DNA of 22,409 nucleotides from a virus (Duplodnaviria; Heunggongvirae; Uroviricota; Caudoviricetes): IMG/VR virus record IMGVR_UViG_2534681674_000017; one strand, 5' to 3'. Shown piece by piece: positions 17,043 to 22,409 of this stretch (position 1 is its first letter; each line of letters starts with the position of its first letter). The notes under the pieces were generated by a model. It saw only the letters and a program-made list of their open reading frames with translations, ran no database searches and was not told where the DNA came from. The position numbers and the translations under genes were made by a program.

Positions 17043-17911
17043 GCTGCGTGAGCAGTACGGGGTCGGACCGGTATGCAGTGAACTGCATATTGCCCCGTCA
17101 ACGTATTACCACTGTCAGCAACAGCGACATCATCCTGATAAACGCAGTGCCCGTGCTCAGCGCGATGACTGGCTGAAGAGAGAGATACAGCGCGTATACG
17201 ATGAAAATCATCAGGTGTACGGTGTGCGTAAAGTCTGGCGCCAGTTGTTACGCGAAGGTATCAGGGTGGCCAGATGTACAGTGGCGCGCCTCATGGCGGT
17301 TATGGGACTTGCCGGTGTTCTCCGGGTAAAAGGTCCGTACTACCGTCAGCCGGAAAGCCGTTTCCGCAGGCGACCGCGTAAACCGTCAGTTCGTGGCAGA
17401 ACGTCCTGACCAGCTGTGGGTGGCTGATTTTACTTACGTCAGCACATGGCAGGGCTTCGTCTATGTGGCGTTCATCATTGATGTGTTTGCCGGATGTATC
17501 GTGGGGTGGCGAGTCTCATCGTCTATGGAAACGACATTCGTGCTGGATGCACTGGAGCAGGCGTTGTGGGCCCGTCGGCCGTCCGGCACAGTCCATCACA
17601 GTGATAAAGGTTCTCAGTATGTATCACTGGCCTATACGGAGCGACTAAAAGAAGCAAAACTGCTGGCATCAACAGGGAGTACAGGTGACTCGTATGACAA
17701 CGCGATGGCGGAGAGCATCAATGGTCTTTACAAAGCGGAGGTAATACACCGTAAGAGCTGGAAAAACCGTGCAGAAGTGGAACTGGCCACACTCACGTGG
17801 GTGGACTGGTATAACAATCGACGATTGCTGGGAAGGCTGGGTCATATCCCTCCGGCAGAAGCAGAAAAAGCTTATTATGCTTCCATCAGAAACGATGATC
17901 TGGCAGCCTGA
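16933..17911 (+). pseudogene. IS629-like transposase OrfB, frameshifted (copy 2)
   Basis: OrfB is split into two ORFs (16933..17409 and 17393..17911). Against copy 1 it lacks one G and one A in adjacent homopolymer runs (CCGGGGTAAAAAGG versus CCGGGTAAAAGG at about 17320-17333), plus scattered substitutions. Confidence 0.7.
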
Positions 17912-17994
17912 GTTCACAGATAAAACACTCTCCAGGAAAACCGGGGCGGTTCATTATGCGGGTCTGGCAGACTATCAGTTCGGTTGTTACAGAC

Positions 17995-18018
17995 GCCTTC
18001 AGTCCTGAAGGCTTTTTT
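17995..18018 (+). terminator. Putative intrinsic terminator just right of IS629 copy 2
   Basis: Hairpin GCCTTCA-GTCC-TGAAGGC (17995-18012) followed by TTTTTT (18013-18018). Confidence 0.45.
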
Positions 18019-18145
18019 ATTTGTGGTAAATGGGCGGCTGGTGGGTGTTAGCGGCACCTGTCAGTCCTTTGCTTATGTGTTGATGATAATTTACCTTTTG
18101 GGGCTATAATTGAACTAACCAATTGCTAATGAAAGTAAAATTATA

Positions 18146-18859
18146 ATGGTTGTTGTCTGTTCAGTTATCATGGTTTGCTCCCCAATTAATATTTTTCTTG
18201 AAAAGGATACGTTGTCACTTAAGCCCGGCTCAGTCGTTCTGGCCACCAAATGCATCAGGGCGCTTTTCCTTATGCATTATGGCAAAGTTAAAATTTTCGA
18301 TATAAACCATTCCATAGTAAGTCAATATCTGGAAATTCAGCATAAGCTGACAAGAACTCATCTGACTGACGTTCCGCTTTATCTGTCACTGGAACCCAAC
18401 AACCCTGCGTTGGCTGAGGCTTTAATTACCAGCCAGAGATTTTCCGGAGATACCACGGATATGTTTCTTATGATGGCATGCCTGTCGCTGTTTGAATCAG
18501 ATGAACGGATATTATTATTTTTAAGTGGATGTTTATCCAGTATAAGTGCCAAAGTCAGGGCGATAATTCAGACAGATATATCAGCAAGCTGGACGCTTGG
18601 TGCGATTGCGTTACGCCTGCATATGAGTGAGAGTTTGTTAAAGATAAAACTGAAAAATGAAGGGCACATGTTCAGTCGCTTGTTGCTGGAAGAGCGGATG
18701 CGTGTTGCTGTCAATATGTTATGTTCCCGGCATGGATATGGACAGGCTGTAGCAGAAAAATGCGGTTATTCAAGCTGGTCCTACTTTATTTCTGTATTTC
18801 ACCGCTATTATGGCTTCCCGCCAGACAGATATGTATCCAGGCAAGGGCTTGATTATTGA
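18146..18859 (+). CDS. AraC-family transcriptional regulator
   Basis: 237-aa ORF with a C-terminal AraC-type dual HTH region (...SWTLGAIALRLHMSESLLKIKLKNEGHMFSRLLLEERMRVAVNMLCSRHGYGQAVAEKCGYSSWSYFISVFHRYYGFPP); AT-rich; start codon uncertain. Confidence 0.7.
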   Translation: MVVVCSVIMVCSPINIFLEKDTLSLKPGSVVLATKCIRALFLMHYGKVKIFDINHSIVSQYLEIQHKLTRTHLTDVPLYLSLEPNNPALAEALITSQRFSGDTTDMFLMMACLSLFESDERILLFLSGCLSSISAKVRAIIQTDISASWTLGAIALRLHMSESLLKIKLKNEGHMFSRLLLEERMRVAVNMLCSRHGYGQAVAEKCGYSSWSYFISVFHRYYGFPPDRYVSRQGLDY

Positions 18860-18887
18860 TTTTCATCTGATTATTATTTTTTGACCC

Positions 18888-18963
18888 GGCCCTTTAGCTC
18901 AGTGGTGAGAGCGAGCGACTCATAATCGCCAGGTCGCTGGTTCAAATCCAGCAAGGGCCACCA
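18888..18963 (+). tRNA. ileZ: tRNA-Ile2 (anticodon CAU, lysidine-type), ileZ-like
   Basis: 76-nt cloverleaf folded by hand: acceptor GGCCCTT/AAGGGCC, D-arm GCTC...GAGC, anticodon loop CTCATAA (CAT), T-arm GCTGG-TTCAAAT-CCAGC, encoded CCA; close to E. coli tRNA-Ile2. Confidence 0.8.
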
Positions 18964-18970
18964 TCACATA

Positions 18971-19047
18971 CCGCCATTAGCTCATCAGGAAAGAGCGCCA
19001 GCTTTCGAAGCTGGTTGCGCGGAGTTCGGGTCCCCGAAGGCGGTCCA
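18971..19047 (+). tRNA. argN: tRNA-Arg (anticodon UCG) candidate, argN-like, with imperfect stems
   Basis: 77-nt candidate: anticodon stem CCAGC/GCTGG with loop TTTCGAA (TCG), D-arm GCTC...GAGC, T-loop TTCGGGT, encoded CCA; one A-A mismatch in the acceptor stem and one A-C mismatch in the T-stem. Confidence 0.5.
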
Positions 19048-19060
19048 TTATCTGTATCCT

Positions 19061-19137
19061 GCGTTGTTAGCTCAGCCGGACAGAGCAATTGCCTTCTAAG
19101 CAATCGGTCACTGGTTCGAATCCAGTACAACGCGCCA
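19061..19137 (+). tRNA. argO: tRNA-Arg (anticodon UCU, rare AGA/AGG codons), argO-like
   Basis: 77-nt cloverleaf: acceptor GCGTTGT/ACAACGC, anticodon stem ATTGC/GCAAT with loop CTTCTAA (TCT), T-arm ACTGG-TTCGAAT-CCAGT, encoded CCA. Confidence 0.8.
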
Positions 19138-19153
19138 CACTTATTTTCCCTGG

Positions 19154-19178
19154 CTCGCTTTTGCGGGCCTTTTTTTAA
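19154..19178 (+). terminator. Intrinsic terminator after the tRNA cluster
   Basis: Hairpin GGCTCGC-TTTT-GCGGGCC (19154-19171) followed by TTTTTTT (19172-19178). Confidence 0.5.
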
Positions 19179-19625
19179 ATGTCTCACAATTCAGGCGGTT
19201 GACTGTTGTCTGGTTTGCGGGGAGTTTGTTAAAAGAAACTGGCATGGTGAATCCCCCTGTGCGGAGGGGCAATCAGCGAGTAGGTATATGGGATAATCGC
19301 GGATTCAGGTGCTGGTACTGAATTCACCGGGAGGCACCCGGCACCATGCAATGGCACATAGCGCCACTCTCCAGCCCCTCTCCGGAGGGGCTTTCTTATG
19401 GACAAAAAAAGCCCGCGCAGGGAGACGCGGGCGGCAAGGAATAAACAACAAAACGTGAAGTAATATTTCAGCTGGCGAATAATATCCGACAGTAATCACT
19501 CTGCGCAATAGCGCGGCCTTTTTCGTATTGCGGGCTGTTGTCTCTCTTCTGCCATTGTCCTGTAACTTCCGGACTTCAGCCCGCTCCTCATTTTACTCAC
19601 AATATTATCCCGGCCGGGAGGATTC

Positions 19626-21035
19626 ATGGCATTTAAACACTATGATGTTGTCAGGGCGGCGTCGCCGTCAGACCTTGCGGAAAAGCTGACACACAAACTG
19701 AAAGAGGGCTGGCAGCCATACGGCGGACCGGTTGCCATTACGCCGTACACACTGATGCAGGCGGTGGCTATTGAAGGAGATCCACAGGTCGGCCCTTCAT
19801 CTGAGCCGGACTGGTTCTATGTGGTTGTGCTTGCCGGACAGTCCAACGGCATGGCCTACGGTGAAGGGCTTCCGTTACCGGATTCTTACGATGCTCCGGA
19901 TCCGCGCATTAAACAGCTGGCGCGCCGCAGCACGGTAACTCCGGGTGGAGAGAGTTGTACGTATAACGACATCATTCCGGCTGACCACTGCCTGCATGAT
20001 GTGCAGGATATGAGTACGCTGAATCATCCGAAGGCAGACCTGAGCAAAGGGCAGTACGGCTGTGTCGGCCAGGGCTTACATATTGCCAAAAAACTGCTTC
20101 CGTATATCCCGAATAACGCGGGGATCCTGCTGGTACCATGCTGTCGTGGTGGTTCTGCATTCACCCAGGGCGCTGAGGGGACATTCAGTGCGGACACGGG
20201 GGCCAGCCAGGATTCGGCACGCTGGGGTGTGGGTAAACCGTTATATCAGGACCTGATTGCGCGCACTAAAGCTGCATTACAGAAGAACCCGAAAAATGTG
20301 TTGCTGGCGGTGTGCTGGATGCAGGGAGAGTTTGACATGAGCGCCGCCACCCACGCACAGCAACCTGCGCTGTTTACAGCCATGCTGACACAGTTTCGTG
20401 CTGACCTCTCCGTGTTTAACGCGCAGTGCCATGGTGGCAGTGCTGCAGATGTGCCGTGGATTTGTGGTGACACGACGTATTACTGGAAAAATACATACGC
20501 TACCCAGTACGACACCGTGTACGGCGGGTATAAAAACAGGGAGAGTGAGGGCGTTTATTTTGTGCCCTTCATGACAGACGGTAACGGCGTCAATACCGCC
20601 ACTAACGCGCCGGCAGAAGATCCGGATATTCCGGCATCAGGATATTACGGTGCGGCATCGAGAACGAATGGAAACCAGGTATCATCAAACCGCCCGACAC
20701 ATTTCAGTTCATGGGCGCGCAGGAGCATTATTCCGGATCGTCTGGCAACCGCTATTCTGAACGCAGCCGGGCGCACCTCAGCCTTCATCAGTGGTAAGGC
20801 ACCGGAAATCAAACCCTCGCCCGGCGGCAACACGCCATCGGGTCCGTCTGCAGATACGTCCGTTCGCACAATCTCCCTGCTGCCGGCAGCCGGAGAGGCT
20901 GCTGGTAAGCGTACAGCGAGGGCCGTATTGACGGGGATGTGTTATTCAGCTGGCAGTGCTATGCGCCACGGAAGCAGTTCGCTGACCCGGTTGACCGGCC
21001 AGTCTGCTATGACGCCAGGCACATGGCGAAGGTAG
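19626..21035 (+). CDS. nanS-p: NanS-p-like prophage sialate 9-O-acetylesterase (DUF1737 N-terminus plus SGNH/SASA domain), 3'-truncated by an IS66-family insertion at about 20905
   Basis: N-terminus [51 protein letters not shown] (DUF1737-like) followed by [18 protein letters not shown] (SGNH GQSN block); about 426 native codons, then the frame runs into the IS end (GTAAGCG at 20905) for about 43 IS-derived codons. Full-length homologs are about 640 aa as I recall. Confidence 0.7.
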   Translation: MAFKHYDVVRAASPSDLAEKLTHKLKEGWQPYGGPVAITPYTLMQAVAIEGDPQVGPSSEPDWFYVVVLAGQSNGMAYGEGLPLPDSYDAPDPRIKQLARRSTVTPGGESCTYNDIIPADHCLHDVQDMSTLNHPKADLSKGQYGCVGQGLHIAKKLLPYIPNNAGILLVPCCRGGSAFTQGAEGTFSADTGASQDSARWGVGKPLYQDLIARTKAALQKNPKNVLLAVCWMQGEFDMSAATHAQQPALFTAMLTQFRADLSVFNAQCHGGSAADVPWICGDTTYYWKNTYATQYDTVYGGYKNRESEGVYFVPFMTDGNGVNTATNAPAEDPDIPASGYYGAASRTNGNQVSSNRPTHFSSWARRSIIPDRLATAILNAAGRTSAFISGKAPEIKPSPGGNTPSGPSADTSVRTISLLPAAGEAAGKRTARAVLTGMCYSAGSAMRHGSSSLTRLTGQSAMTPGTWRR

Positions 21036-22409
21036 CTTTCTGGATCCACGTCATTCAGTTTGCACGTCCCGATCAGGCTGTACAGTAGCGCTCCCCGCTC
21101 ACCACCATGATCAGAGCCGAAGAACAGGAAGTTTTTACGACCCAGACTGACCGCCCGCAGGGCATTTTCAGCGATGTTGTTGTCGATTTCCACCCAGCCA
21201 TCGTTCGCATAGTACGTCAGTGCCGGCCACTGGTTAAGTGCGTACGCGAACGCCTTCGCCAACTCTGAGTGTCGCGACAGGGTCTTCATCTTTTCACGCA
21301 ACCAGCTTTCCAGGGATTTCAACAACGGTTTCGTTTTTCGCTGACGTTCAGCAAGCCGCTGCTCTGCCGGCATTCCCCTTATATCCGCCTCTATGGCGTA
21401 CAACTGACCGATCTGCTCCAGGGCTTCTTCCGTCAGTGCTGACGGGATGCGGACGTGCACATCGTGGATCTTTCGGCGGGCATGAGCCCAGCAGGCAGCT
21501 TCCGTTATCCCACCATTGCGATACAGCTCGTTGAACCCGGCGTACGCATCCGCTTGCAGCACACCGCTGAAGCAGGCAAGATGAGTCTGCGGATGGATGC
21601 CTTTTCTGTCCGGGCTGTAAGCGAACCACACTGCAGGTGCCAACGCTGACCCTGCATTGCGGTCATCACGAACATACGCCCACAACCGCCCGGTCTTCGT
21701 CTTCTTATTACCCGGCAGCAGTACCTGGACCGGGGTATCATCGGCATGGAGTTTGCCGTCAGTCATGACATAGCCATGAAGCGCCTCTTCCAGCGGAGAC
21801 AGCAGCCGGCAGCATGCATCCACCCAGCCCGACAGCAGTGAACGCCTCAGCTCCACGACCTTGCCGGCCGTATATTTCTGACTGGCGATACAGCGGGGTG
21901 TGCTCTGCATACTTCGAGGTCAGCACGCGGGCCAGCAGCCCCGGTCCGGCGATACCCCGCTCGATGGGCCGCGAAGGTGCAGGTGCCTGCACGATGGCAT
22001 CGCACTGAGTACAGGCATGTTTTTCCCGTACCGTCCGGATAACCCGGAAGGCGCTACGCATCAACTCCAGCTGTTCGGCGGTATCCTCGCCCAGATAGCT
22101 CAGTGAACCGCCGCAGTTCGGGCAGCACGGCGCCGCAGGCAACAGTCGCTTTTCGTCACGGGGTAGTGATTCAGGGAACGGCTTACGGGTGCGGGTCTGA
22201 CGCAACGGACGCTGTACTGCCGGGTCATACACCCTACCAGTCAGCGTATCGCTCTCTTTCTGAAGCCGGTTCAGATCGGCTTCCATTTGTGCGATACGGC
22301 GGGAGACTTTTTCGGAACGACTGCCGAAGTTCATCCGGCGGAGTTTATCCAGCTGCGCCTGCAGATGGTCTATTTCGCGCTCCCGGTTGCTCAGTTTTTC
22401 CTGCAGGGC
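20905..22409 (-). mobile_element. IS66-family insertion sequence, partial (right end and tnpC; continues beyond the window)
   Basis: Terminus begins GTAAGCG (20905), typical of IS66-family inverted repeats; encodes an IS66-type transposase on the minus strand running off the window end. Confidence 0.6.
20942..22409 (-). pseudogene. IS66-family transposase TnpC, frameshifted and 5'-incomplete in the window
   Basis: Two overlapping ORFs in different frames (21759..22334 with Zn-finger-like CPNCGG...C..C, and 20942..21910 with ...[11 protein letters not shown]...[39 protein letters not shown]...); similarity continues upstream of 22334 to the window edge. Frame switch lies near 21850-21900. Confidence 0.6.

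Larger units (their letters stand above)
16647..17953 (+). mobile_element. IS3-family insertion sequence, IS629-like (copy 2, orfB frameshifted), 1307 bp, inverted relative to copy 1
   Basis: Same terminal repeats (TGAACCGCCCCGG at 16647; CCGGGGCGGTTCA ending 17953); flanked by 3-bp direct repeat TTA (16644-16646 and 17954-17956); 2 bp shorter than copy 1. Confidence 0.85.

Noticed and set aside
2695-17953. Inversion of the 12.6-kb segment by recombination between the two IS629 copies
   Set aside because: Each copy is flanked by its own matching 3-bp direct repeat (GTT/GTT and TTA/TTA), which would be scrambled had inter-copy recombination occurred.
18942-19187. 81-aa minus-strand ORF and 93-aa plus-strand ORF (19015..19296) over the tRNA cluster
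   Set aside because: They overlap three tRNA genes and a terminator; ORFs across structured RNA genes are almost certainly spurious.
19180-19625. Shiga toxin genes stxA/stxB expected between the tRNA genes and nanS-p
   Set aside because: No ORF of suitable size (about 320 aa plus 89 aa) or any long ORF exists in this interval; the region is only about 450 bp.

Overview
This window reads as part of a lambdoid prophage of Escherichia coli type, with a Rac/Qin-like early region and an Stx-phage-like late-control region, repeatedly hit by insertion sequences. All calls are from reading the sequence and ORF track; no database search was run. Left to right: integrase and a putative excisionase (minus strand); a roughly 812-aa DEDDh exonuclease gene split in frame by an IS629-like IS3-family element (2695..4003, 3-bp GTT target duplication); a Qin-like ydfD/dicB/DicF module; a SieB-like membrane protein; an immunity region with a three-component toxin-antitoxin operon (PaaR2/PaaA2/ParE2-like) directly downstream of a cI-like repressor, divergent from cro-like ydaS and ydaT; a replication module (an initiator-like gene carrying 11-bp tandem repeats and an apparent frameshift, plus a DnaC-like loader); two hypothetical genes; an AT-rich esterase gene on the opposite strand; rusA and a Q antiterminator; an AT-rich CPBP/Abi-family membrane protease gene; a second, inverted IS629-like copy with a frameshifted orfB; an AraC-family regulator; an ileZ/argN/argO-like tRNA trio; no stx genes in the usual slot; and a nanS-p-like sialate O-acetylesterase gene truncated by an IS66-family element whose transposase is itself frameshifted. 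I did not find a clearly new multi-gene system. The accessory cargo most worth follow-up is the esterase island, the CPBP plus AraC pair, and the repeat-bearing replication gene.
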